Program-made: the position numbers and the translations under genes
Notes under the pieces: model-generated
Told to the model about the DNA's origin: nothing
The model's input: the letters and a program-made list of their open reading frames with translations, nothing else
The model's database searches: none
In this document: positions 1 to 8,192 of the stretch, piece by piece
Layout of the letters: each line of letters begins with the position of its first letter
How positions within the stretch are numbered: position 1 is the first letter of the stretch
DNA from: a virus
DNA length: 64,000 nucleotides
Reading direction: 5' to 3' (one strand)
IMG/VR virus record: IMGVR_UViG_3300009164_000068
Coordinates: 3,413 to 67,412 of that record

Positions 1-369
1 TGTACTCTCAGCCGCTTGCTCGTGATCGTCTACAAAAAATTTCATAACTGTGGGTTTACGCCCACGTTCGATGCGATAATTTGATCCGTCTTTTTCAAAT
101 GATAACGTAACAAGCATATTCTTGTTGTTAATTTTATTAATTAAGTTATCTTTTTTAATGTTTGTTAGGGCTGTGCCATAAAGTGCATAACTTAGTGCGT
201 TAACAATAGTAGTTTTACCAGTACCATTTCGGCTTCCGTTATCATCACCGCCTTGATCTAAGTTCTCACCCAACACTAATGTTAGCTGTTCACGTCCAAA
301 GTCCACTGCTTGGGTCTGATTACCCACGCTCATAAAATTTTTAACTGTTAGTTCTTTTATTTTAATCAT
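1..369 (-). CDS. gp46: Recombination endonuclease ATPase subunit (T4 gp46/SbcC/Rad50-like), N-terminal part, runs off the window edge
   Basis: Not in the ORF track. Manual translation from ATG 369 gives MIKIKELTVKNFMSVGNQ...GENLDQGGDDNGSRNGTGKTTIVNALSYALYG (KNF.S and Walker A motifs). The start overlaps the gp47 stop. Confidence 0.9.
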   Translation of the reverse strand, partial: MIKIKELTVKNFMSVGNQTQAVDFGREQLTLVLGENLDQGGDDNGSRNGTGKTTIVNALSYALYGTALTNIKKDNLINKINNKNMLVTLSFEKDGSNYRIERGRKPTVMKFFVDDHEQAAEST

Positions 370-1379
370 AGATTATTATAGATACTCAATAACACCTTAG
401 TGTCAAATGTGTCGCTTTCGATATTAACTAATTGATTACTTACAATTTGATCAACGCTTTCAAATGATTGAATATCCATAGCTGTGTTAATTTCAACTTC
501 TTTCTTTTCGGCGATAAGTGTTAATTCGCGAATGTCATACTTTTTCATAAAGTCTTCTTTGATAAAACTTGCTTCTTCATAAGTTATATCAATGTCAAGA
601 GAAACTCGTAAGTGCATCTTAGTCTGCATCAACTTATCTGCATCGTCAATTAACTGGCTTAGTTTAACTGTTCTAAATTTAGGACAGTCAGTCCAGTTAA
701 TGTATTCAGGCTCACCGCCCCACTCAAGAATCATCATTCCTCGGTCATCATCCCAAGTATCTGCATAATTGTGCGGAAAAGCGTTACCAATATAAATCAT
801 GTTGCCTTTTTGTTGACGCTTATGAAAATGTCCACTAAAGCCCAGTTCATAATTTTTAAAACTTTCAAGATTGATTTCACCATGATCAGGCATCTGTACC
901 ATTGCGTTCATAAAGAAAGTGGGCAATTCAAAGTGACCAAAGATATACTTGCCACCCTTTTTGCCTACTGCTCGCCACTCTTCTCCGACGAGCCATGGAC
1001 AGAGAGTAACACCGTCAATAGTAACGGGCTCATGAACAACAGTAATACCAGGAATATACTTGCCAAACTCAACGGAGTGTATATCTCGCTTATCTTTATA
1101 ATAAAGATCGTGATTACCGGGAAAGAAATAAAACTTATCAAAGGCCTTACCCAACTTTTCCAAGGCCCTAAGGCTATAGTCCATAGTAGTGATATTAAGA
1201 CTATTTCGGTTGTGATGCCAGTCTCCCATAAAGATGCCAACATCGCACTTCTCCTCTTTTGCTTTGGCAATATACCAGTCTACAAAATCCTCGCAGTCTT
1301 GGTTATGCGTTGAACTATTGCTCTTGAGACCAAAATGAATGTCTGTAAAGCAGGCCACTTTTTTAAATAAATTACTCAA
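366..1379 (-). CDS. gp47: Recombination endonuclease nuclease subunit (T4 gp47/SbcD/Mre11-like metallophosphoesterase)
   Basis: Motifs DIHFG, GDWHH, GNHD, GHFE, SGHFH; adjacent to gp46; TTG start with GGAG Shine-Dalgarno. Confidence 0.92.
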   Translation of the reverse strand: MSNLFKKVACFTDIHFGLKSNSSTHNQDCEDFVDWYIAKAKEEKCDVGIFMGDWHHNRNSLNITTMDYSLRALEKLGKAFDKFYFFPGNHDLYYKDKRDIHSVEFGKYIPGITVVHEPVTIDGVTLCPWLVGEEWRAVGKKGGKYIFGHFELPTFFMNAMVQMPDHGEINLESFKNYELGFSGHFHKRQQKGNMIYIGNAFPHNYADTWDDDRGMMILEWGGEPEYINWTDCPKFRTVKLSQLIDDADKLMQTKMHLRVSLDIDITYEEASFIKEDFMKKYDIRELTLIAEKKEVEINTAMDIQSFESVDQIVSNQLVNIESDTFDTKVLLSIYNNL

Positions 1380-1399
1380 TATTTTATCTCCGATACAGT

Positions 1400-1428
1400 A
1401 TTGTAAACGTTTTAATGCAATAGGTCAA
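1400..1428 (-). promoter_or_regulatory. sigma70-type promoter for gp47/gp46
   Basis: Minus strand TTGACC-17 nt-TACAAT upstream of the gp47 RBS. Confidence 0.65.
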
Positions 1429-2246
1429 TCGGTTTCATTTTCAAAACGTTTCATAGCATTGGCGTGTTCGCCCGCACCAGTTCTACTGTAGCTTGGATTC
1501 ATCCCGTTTATTTCTAATAAGTCATCTCGAATGTTTTGATTGCGTTTTTCAAGATTAATGATTCGAACAAAACTGTTAGTAACGGCAGCAGTGAAATAAG
1601 CAAACGGATTATCTGACTTTGATTCGTCAAACTGCAATCCAATCTGCGTTAATTGCAAAATGGCCTGTCCTTTCATTTCGTCATTATATGTATAGCCACG
1701 AACATTACCGCGAGTAGCATAACGTTCACATAATTTAATATACATGCGAGCAAGTGTATTAGTAACTTGCCCGTGATCTTTGTTAAACTTGCCAGTATCT
1801 AAGTCACCTTGCCAGTGACTTTTTCCAACGCAGACAGCAATATCGTTCTCATTAAACTTCCAATGCTGGAAAGGTGGAAAATTAACTTTATCTCTATGGT
1901 CAGCAAGCGTCTTTGGATTCTTTTTACGTGTGCCGTTTAACGGGATATGGTCAAATGTCATAATTCTAAACACAATATCCGTTTTGGCTATTTTTTTATA
2001 ATCTACTTCGCAGTCTGCTTGTTTGACTTTATCGCCTAATGCCTTGCGACGTTGATATTCTTCGTTGCCTTGGCGTTTAGCTTGGGCTCGTTTTGCTTCT
2101 GCAATAGTTCGAATATTAATTTTATCAACAGTTGGCAATATTAAGTCATATCTGTGATATTTTGGATCAGTGAAAGAACAAAACGTGTTTTTTGATTTGT
2201 GTATTTCTTCCAATAAATCTTTGTTGTTTAAGTAATTTACTTTCAT
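1425..2246 (-). CDS. gp55: Late-transcription sigma factor (T4 gp55-like)
   Basis: N-terminal NYLNNKDLL and C-terminal GYTYNDEM...FDESKSDNPFAYFT...NSFVRII resemble T4 gp55; lies upstream of gp47/gp46. Confidence 0.85.
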   Translation of the reverse strand: MKVNYLNNKDLLEEIHKSKNTFCSFTDPKYHRYDLILPTVDKINIRTIAEAKRAQAKRQGNEEYQRRKALGDKVKQADCEVDYKKIAKTDIVFRIMTFDHIPLNGTRKKNPKTLADHRDKVNFPPFQHWKFNENDIAVCVGKSHWQGDLDTGKFNKDHGQVTNTLARMYIKLCERYATRGNVRGYTYNDEMKGQAILQLTQIGLQFDESKSDNPFAYFTAAVTNSFVRIINLEKRNQNIRDDLLEINGMNPSYSRTGAGEHANAMKRFENETD

Positions 2247-2266
2247 AAGAATCCCGGTTAATTAGT

Positions 2267-2295
2267 ATTATAAACTATGCACTTTATTTTGTCAA
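2267..2295 (-). promoter_or_regulatory. Consensus sigma70 promoter for the gp55-like gene
   Basis: Minus strand TTGACA (2295-2290), 17-nt spacer, TATAAT (2272-2267). Confidence 0.85.
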
Positions 2296-2302
2296 CTAAA
2301 TA
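2296..2302 (+). promoter_or_regulatory. Putative late promoter (CTAAATA) for the structural module
   Basis: Resembles the T4 late consensus TATAAATA; upstream of AAGGAG RBS and ATG 2323; the motif recurs before other genes. Confidence 0.55.
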
Positions 2303-2322
2303 ATGTACAAAAGGAGAAATTG

Positions 2323-3354
2323 ATGGCGTTTGATTTCAGTTCAACGATAAACTCGGTAGCCAGTGCTGCCACAGGCGCATTAAGCTCTGTTGGCGGCGCA
2401 TTACAAACAGCAAGTAAATTAGCTGGCGCACTTAATAATTTATCTAACCCAGCGGCCTTGATCTCTTCATTACGAAGTTTAAACTTACCAAAAGGTGGAG
2501 AAGCTGGCGGTGTGTTATCAAATGCTTCGGCAGCATTTGGCGGATCTGATGCAAGTAGTGATTGGAGAGTTCGACTAAGCGTTCCTGCATCCTTTGCCAG
2601 CAGCTCAATGCTACAGCCGTTGGTGCAAGCTGGCGGATTAGTGTTCCCGTACACTCCAAGTATCACTATTAGTAGCAATGCTCAATATGAAGATACTACA
2701 TTGACTCATCAAAATTATCAATTTATAAGTTATCAAAACAGCAGAGTAAGTGAAATTCAAATCGAAGCTCCGTTCAACGTAGAAGACGGTGCGCAGGCAA
2801 TGTATTGGTTAGCCGCAGTTCATATGTTACGCAGTGCTACAAAGATGTTTACAGGTGCTGGAGACCTGCAAGGTAATCCTCCTCCTATTTTAAAACTTAA
2901 CGGCTACGGCGATTATGTGTTTAAGAATGTTCCTGTGGTTATACAAAGTTTTAGCGTTAACTTATCATCGGATACTAACTATATCAATACCAGCATGGCA
3001 GCCGCAGGCTCGTCTGTAACCGGCGGTACAGGATTAACGAGCTCAATAGCTGGCATAGCTGGAGTATCATCAGGCCTTGCAGGACTTGCCGGCGCACTTG
3101 GCTCAAATAAATTAGCAGGCGCATTGGGTGCAGTTGGTATGATAGGTGGAGCAGTTGCAGGCGTCAGCAAACTTATTGGATCAGTTCAGTCCGTTGCCGG
3201 CGGCGGCTCGTTTGCAACATCCGGAAACAGCTGGGTCCCAGTTAAAAGCACTATGAGCATCACGGTAAAACCTATATATAGTAGAGAAAGTGTTAGACAA
3301 TTTAGTTTACAAAAATTCGTAAACGGCGAATACGTTAGCGGAGGTTACATCTAA
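2323..3354 (+). CDS. Baseplate/tail-tube initiator-like structural protein (gp48/gp54-like) with Gly/Ala-rich insert
   Basis: LVFPYTPSI...THQNY and PPPILKLNGYG..F.NVPVVI motifs of tube-initiator folds; precedes the gp53-like gene; ATG 2323 with AAGGAG. Confidence 0.6.
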   Translation: MAFDFSSTINSVASAATGALSSVGGALQTASKLAGALNNLSNPAALISSLRSLNLPKGGEAGGVLSNASAAFGGSDASSDWRVRLSVPASFASSSMLQPLVQAGGLVFPYTPSITISSNAQYEDTTLTHQNYQFISYQNSRVSEIQIEAPFNVEDGAQAMYWLAAVHMLRSATKMFTGAGDLQGNPPPILKLNGYGDYVFKNVPVVIQSFSVNLSSDTNYINTSMAAAGSSVTGGTGLTSSIAGIAGVSSGLAGLAGALGSNKLAGALGAVGMIGGAVAGVSKLIGSVQSVAGGGSFATSGNSWVPVKSTMSITVKPIYSRESVRQFSLQKFVNGEYVSGGYI

Positions 3355-3653
3355 TGGCCAAGTATGCTACTACCAGCCCGTGGTTTAACACAGGGTCAGT
3401 TCAGAATTATCTAAATATTTTAACTATACGTCCAGTTGCTGCCGAAGCAGATGATTTTTTATACGCAATAGAACCTCAATATACACACCGACCAGATTTG
3501 TTAAGCTACGACTTATACGGAACACCAAGACTTTGGTGGGTTTTTATACAACGTAATCTTGATGTATTACAAGACCCAGTCTTTGATTTTGTTCCAGGGA
3601 CTCAAATTTACATTCCTAAGCGTTCAGGTTTGCAGAAAGTATTAGGACTATAA
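3354..3653 (+). CDS. gp53: Baseplate wedge protein, gp53/LysM-like
   Basis: RPDLLSYDLYGTPRLWWVF motif; 99 aa; baseplate context. Confidence 0.75.
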   Translation: MAKYATTSPWFNTGSVQNYLNILTIRPVAAEADDFLYAIEPQYTHRPDLLSYDLYGTPRLWWVFIQRNLDVLQDPVFDFVPGTQIYIPKRSGLQKVLGL

Positions 3654-3654
3654 C

Positions 3655-6102
3655 ATGCCAAGTTTTGATTTTGGTGGAGCCGCAACTTCATTAACTAAAT
3701 CTGCTAACAAAGTTCTTTCTGATTCAGGATTAGCTAAAGGATTATCTGCTGCCGGGTCCGCTATTAGCAAAGTTAAAGATTCAATAACATCAGGGCTAAG
3801 TGTAAACATCAGTAGTATTACATCATCATTGCCTGGCTTTTCTGAAATACAATCTGCGTTAGAAAATGCCAAGAGCAACATTAATAAACTTGGAAATCTT
3901 GCTGACAATGCGGCTAATTCAGTAACTAAGGTTTCATTAGGTGCGGAACCTCCGTTCCCTAATATCTTACATAGCTATACTTCTTATAACTATATTTTTA
4001 CTCTAAGTGTGCTCGACGACGCAGCATTGAATTTCCCAAACGAAACTTATCGTCGAGGATTACTGGGCCCACTAATTTTAAAAAGCGGCAGCGGCAATCC
4101 TGCAGATCGTGTGCCAACTGCAAATAAAACTGCATCAAACCCATCAGGTAGTTTTGATTTCTACATTGAAAATTTACAGATAACCAGCGTTATAGGTTTT
4201 GATAAAAGTACAGGCAATACTAATGCCAGCGGAATTAAGTTTAAACTGATTGAGCCATATAGCATGGGAACCTTTTTTCAAACTTTGCAAGCCGCCGCCA
4301 AAACTGCTGGACATAGAAACTATCTTGATATGCCGCTACTGCTAACAGTTGAGTTCAAAGGGCACATAGATGCTGATTTGCAAAACGTACAAATTGATAA
4401 AACTACAAAATACTTTCCTGTTAAACTTAGAAAATTTGGTATGAAGGTCAGCGGCAAAGGCGCTGAGTACGACATTGATTCTTACCCAATTAACGAAAAA
4501 GCCTACAGTAAAACTTATAGCGAGTTAAAAACTGATGTTTCAATCTCAGGAAAATCTGTTGGGGAAATGTTACAAACTGGTGAAAAAAGTCTTCAACGAG
4601 TATTAAATGATAGATTACAAGAAGCAGTAAAACGTAAAGACGTTAATGTGGCAGATCAAATTTTAATTAGCTTTCCTAAAGATTTAAAAACAGGCGATGC
4701 CGCTGGTGCACCGTCTGAAGATTCTACGTCAGGAAACAGCGCAACTATAAATCCTAATAGTACTGGCCCGGATATGAACTTGTTTAAAAAACTTGGAGTA
4801 AAGACCAGTAGCATAAACAAAACACAAGTACAAGAAGACGGCAATATAAACGACATCGGTGCCAGTACTATGGGTTTTAATTTATATAATAACGGCGGCA
4901 CCCCGTTTGCTAAAGATAACGTAGCATATGATGCCGACACCGGAACATACAAACGTGGAAATATCACTATTAATCCAACAATTGGTGAATTTAAATTTGC
5001 ACAAGGTAGTGATGTAATTAATGCAATTAATCAAGTTATACTAATGAGTGAGTATGGTAGAACATCATTGAGTCAAATATCTCAAGACGGTACTATCTTA
5101 TGGTGGCGAATAGAAACTCACCTATATCATATTCCCACAGATGCAAACCTTGCAAAGACTGGTATTAAACCTAAATTAGTAGTGTACAGAGTTGTGCCAT
5201 ACGAAGTAGATGCAAGTTATTTCTTACCTCCTAATACTCCAAAGCCCGGAACTGAAAAAGTTAAAAAACTTGTTATAAAAGAATACAACTACATATATAC
5301 TGGAAAAAATATTGATGTAATGGATTTTGACATTGATTTCAACGCTGGATTTTATACCTCATTAAATGCAGACTCTGGAAAGAATAACGAAGGCGCTAAT
5401 CTGAAAGAAAACCAAGGCGGCGCAGCCGAAGCTGGCGAGTCAGGTAAAGAAGCCCCAGCAGCAGGACAAGCTCCTAAAGATAATCAGCTGCCAACTACTC
5501 AATTAAAAGACGGAGTACTAACATCAACCGGCGGCAAAGGCGGCGGAGGCCTTGATGACAGTGCAAGTCTTGCCGCCAGACAATTTCACGATGCTATTAC
5601 GGCAGGTGTTGACATGATTAATTTACAGCTAACTATTCTTGGTGATCCGTTTTATCTTGGTGATAGCGGCATGGGAAATTACAGTGCAGTTGCTACTGAC
5701 AATAAATTCATCAACGCAGACGGTGCAATGAATTGGCAGAACGGAGAAGTATTAATCACTGTAAATTTTAGAACGCCAATTGACATTGAGCAGACTACTG
5801 GGTTGTACGAGTTCAATAGTTCTGCCGCAGTACCACAGTTTAGCGGATTATTTAAAGTAACTAACGTTGTTTCGTACTTTAATAAAGGTAAATTTACTCA
5901 ACAACTTAAAACATTAAGACTGCGCGGCCAAGAAATCAAAAGCACCACGCCACCTATGTTAGCAGCAAGTCCGCAACCTCCGTTCAACAACCCAACAGTT
6001 CAAACATTTGACGATGGTTCAAGTATACAAACATTTGACGATGGTTCTACATTAACAACTGATACAGAAGGCGCCACATCATCAACACCGTCTACAGAAT
6101 AA
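3655..6102 (+). CDS. Putative baseplate hub protein (gp27-like), 815 aa
   Basis: Between the gp53-like gene and the spike; C-terminal I.GDP...F.G.FKVT.V...F..GKFTQ.L pattern seen in hub proteins. Confidence 0.5.
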   Translation: MPSFDFGGAATSLTKSANKVLSDSGLAKGLSAAGSAISKVKDSITSGLSVNISSITSSLPGFSEIQSALENAKSNINKLGNLADNAANSVTKVSLGAEPPFPNILHSYTSYNYIFTLSVLDDAALNFPNETYRRGLLGPLILKSGSGNPADRVPTANKTASNPSGSFDFYIENLQITSVIGFDKSTGNTNASGIKFKLIEPYSMGTFFQTLQAAAKTAGHRNYLDMPLLLTVEFKGHIDADLQNVQIDKTTKYFPVKLRKFGMKVSGKGAEYDIDSYPINEKAYSKTYSELKTDVSISGKSVGEMLQTGEKSLQRVLNDRLQEAVKRKDVNVADQILISFPKDLKTGDAAGAPSEDSTSGNSATINPNSTGPDMNLFKKLGVKTSSINKTQVQEDGNINDIGASTMGFNLYNNGGTPFAKDNVAYDADTGTYKRGNITINPTIGEFKFAQGSDVINAINQVILMSEYGRTSLSQISQDGTILWWRIETHLYHIPTDANLAKTGIKPKLVVYRVVPYEVDASYFLPPNTPKPGTEKVKKLVIKEYNYIYTGKNIDVMDFDIDFNAGFYTSLNADSGKNNEGANLKENQGGAAEAGESGKEAPAAGQAPKDNQLPTTQLKDGVLTSTGGKGGGGLDDSASLAARQFHDAITAGVDMINLQLTILGDPFYLGDSGMGNYSAVATDNKFINADGAMNWQNGEVLITVNFRTPIDIEQTTGLYEFNSSAAVPQFSGLFKVTNVVSYFNKGKFTQQLKTLRLRGQEIKSTTPPMLAASPQPPFNNPTVQTFDDGSSIQTFDDGSTLTTDTEGATSSTPSTE
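6001..6047 (+). repeat. Exact 20-bp direct repeat (CAAACATTTGACGATGGTTC x2, 27-nt period) encoding QTFDDGS twice
   Basis: Copies at 6001-6020 and 6028-6047. Confidence 0.9.
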
Positions 6103-6110
6103 GGTATTAA

Positions 6111-7688
6111 ATGGCAGAAGAAACACGATCAGCACCCGGCGAAGGTAAATCAAGTCCAGGTCCGTATTTGGCTAAAATTGTTAGTCATCTTGATCCCACC
6201 TACATGGGTACGTTAGAAGTGCAACTTATGCACGAAGTAGGTAATGACGAAGCTAAACAAGGGCAACTACATCAAGTAAAGTACCTAAGTCCGTTTGGTG
6301 GTCAGACCAGTGTTGATTATGTTGGCGAAGACCCAGACGATTTTAATAATACACAAAAAAGTTACGGATTTTGGATGATACCTCCTGATGTAGGAGCAGT
6401 AGTTGTAGTAATTTTTATCGACGGAGATCCTCGTAAAGGCTATTGGATAGGCTGCGTACAAGATCAGGCTATGAACTTTATGGTGCCAGGTCAAGCAGCT
6501 ACTTCTTTTAACGTTGACGGTACTGAAGAACGTGTACCTGTTGGTGAGTACAATAAAATAGCTCAAGCGTCAACAGTTGACCCAACTGCTATCCCTAAAC
6601 CTGCCAGTCCTTTACAAGATGTATTAAATGACCAAGGCCTATTAAAAGATGATATCCGCGGCATAACATCAAGTAGTGCCCGTAGAGAAATACCATCAAT
6701 GGTCTTTGGAATTTCTACCCCGGGCCCAATAGATAAACGTCCCGGTGCAAAGAAAGGTAAAATTGGAAAAGCTGAACACAAGGTGTCAGCTGGCTTTGTT
6801 AGTAGATTTGGCGGCAGCACATTTGTTATGGATGACGGAGACGATAAGTTTTTACGTAGAACAACTGCCAGCGAAGGCCCTCCTGATTATGCTGCTGTTG
6901 AACAAGACGAAGATGACGGCCTACCAGAAATCCCACATAACGAATTATTTCGATTAAGAACTCGCACCGGACATCAAATACTAATGCACAATAGCGAGGA
7001 TCTAATCTACATTGGAAATGCTCGAGGAACTACTTGGATAGAATTATCCAGCGATGGAAAAGTTGATATCTATGCAGAAGACAGCATTAGTATGCATACT
7101 AAACAAGATTTTAATTTTTATGCTGACCGTGATATTAATATGGAAGCGGGTCGCAATTTTAATCTAAAAGTTGCAGATCGTCATCAAACAGAAGTTGGCG
7201 GCGACTTAAATTTATTGATTGCAGGAAATAAAAATGTTTCTATAGACGGGGACATAGGTATAACAGTGGGCGGAAATAACTTAATTACTACGGCAGGAGA
7301 TTTTGATCTGAATACTGCTGGAGCAAATAAATTTACTGCCGGCGGAACAACAGACATATTATCTGGAGGTAATCATACAGAAACTGCTGCTGCTATTCAT
7401 ATGAATGGCCCTGGAGCAGCATCAGCCGGATCAGCTACTCCTCCAGAACCGTTACCTACATTTGCAAATCCAGACGAAACAGAAAGTGCAATAGATAGCA
7501 TTATGCTACGTATTCCAAGCCATGAACCATGGCCGCATCATGAAAATCTTGATCCGTTAAGTTTTAAACCCGATATGACTGACAGAGAAGCAGGTAGTGA
7601 TATTGCTGTTCCAGATGCTTGGAATGCTTATTCTACACTAACCGATACCTTTGCTAAGATCAAAGGCAACGAAGAAGAACAAGGTTAA
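6111..7688 (+). CDS. gp5: Baseplate central spike (gp5/VgrG-like OB-fold plus beta-helix), no evident lysozyme domain
   Basis: GFWMIPPDVG..V.V.F..GD...YWIGC OB-fold motif; RTRTGHQILM; glycine-periodic beta-helix repeats; followed by gp25. Confidence 0.78.
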   Translation: MAEETRSAPGEGKSSPGPYLAKIVSHLDPTYMGTLEVQLMHEVGNDEAKQGQLHQVKYLSPFGGQTSVDYVGEDPDDFNNTQKSYGFWMIPPDVGAVVVVIFIDGDPRKGYWIGCVQDQAMNFMVPGQAATSFNVDGTEERVPVGEYNKIAQASTVDPTAIPKPASPLQDVLNDQGLLKDDIRGITSSSARREIPSMVFGISTPGPIDKRPGAKKGKIGKAEHKVSAGFVSRFGGSTFVMDDGDDKFLRRTTASEGPPDYAAVEQDEDDGLPEIPHNELFRLRTRTGHQILMHNSEDLIYIGNARGTTWIELSSDGKVDIYAEDSISMHTKQDFNFYADRDINMEAGRNFNLKVADRHQTEVGGDLNLLIAGNKNVSIDGDIGITVGGNNLITTAGDFDLNTAGANKFTAGGTTDILSGGNHTETAAAIHMNGPGAASAGSATPPEPLPTFANPDETESAIDSIMLRIPSHEPWPHHENLDPLSFKPDMTDREAGSDIAVPDAWNAYSTLTDTFAKIKGNEEEQG

Positions 7689-7691
7689 ATA
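7685..7691 (+). promoter_or_regulatory. Putative late promoter TTAAATA, 5 nt before the gp25 ATG
   Basis: TTAAATA-ttact-ATG; no well-spaced strong SD. Confidence 0.4.
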
Positions 7692-7696
7692 TTACT

Positions 7697-8140
7697 ATGA
7701 CAGCAAGCCAACGTTTATTTGATAAAGTAGTTTTAAAAAGTCCAGCTAAGAACAGGGATGTACCGGGTTCTAAAACTTATAAAGGATTTAGTTCTATTAG
7801 CGGAGATAGTAAGAGCTATAGTCTCTACGACTTGGCGCTGATTAAGCAAGATTTAATAAATCATTTCCATATACGCCAAGGTGAGCGCCTTGAAAATCCA
7901 GCATTTGGCACAATAATTTGGGATGTTCTATTCGAACCACTAACTGAAGAGATGAAAAATATCATTGTTAAAAATGTTGAAGACATTATAAACCATGATC
8001 CTCGAGTGGTTGCTGACAATGTAGTTGTTACTACGTATGAGAGTGGGATACAAATTGAATGTATGCTGACATATTTGCCATATAACATCCAGGAAGCACT
8101 GCAATTTAAGTTTGATCAAGACAACGGCCTGATTGCTTAA
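7697..8140 (+). CDS. gp25: Baseplate wedge subunit gp25-like
   Basis: IKQDLINHF.IRQGERLENPAFGT.IWD.LFEP...DPRV motif of the GPW/gp25 family. Confidence 0.88.
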   Translation: MTASQRLFDKVVLKSPAKNRDVPGSKTYKGFSSISGDSKSYSLYDLALIKQDLINHFHIRQGERLENPAFGTIIWDVLFEPLTEEMKNIIVKNVEDIINHDPRVVADNVVVTTYESGIQIECMLTYLPYNIQEALQFKFDQDNGLIA

Positions 8141-8165
8141 TTAAACTACCACATAATAAAATCCG

Positions 8166-8172
8166 ATAAATA
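8166..8172 (+). promoter_or_regulatory. Putative late promoter ATAAATA
   Basis: Intergenic, about 20 nt upstream of the gp6 ATG. Confidence 0.6.
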
Positions 8173-8192
8173 TCTGATAATGGGAAGCAGAT

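Noticed and set aside
6001-6047. CRISPR-like repeat
   Set aside because: Only two 20-bp copies with a 7-nt gap, in frame inside a CDS; no spacers or cas genes
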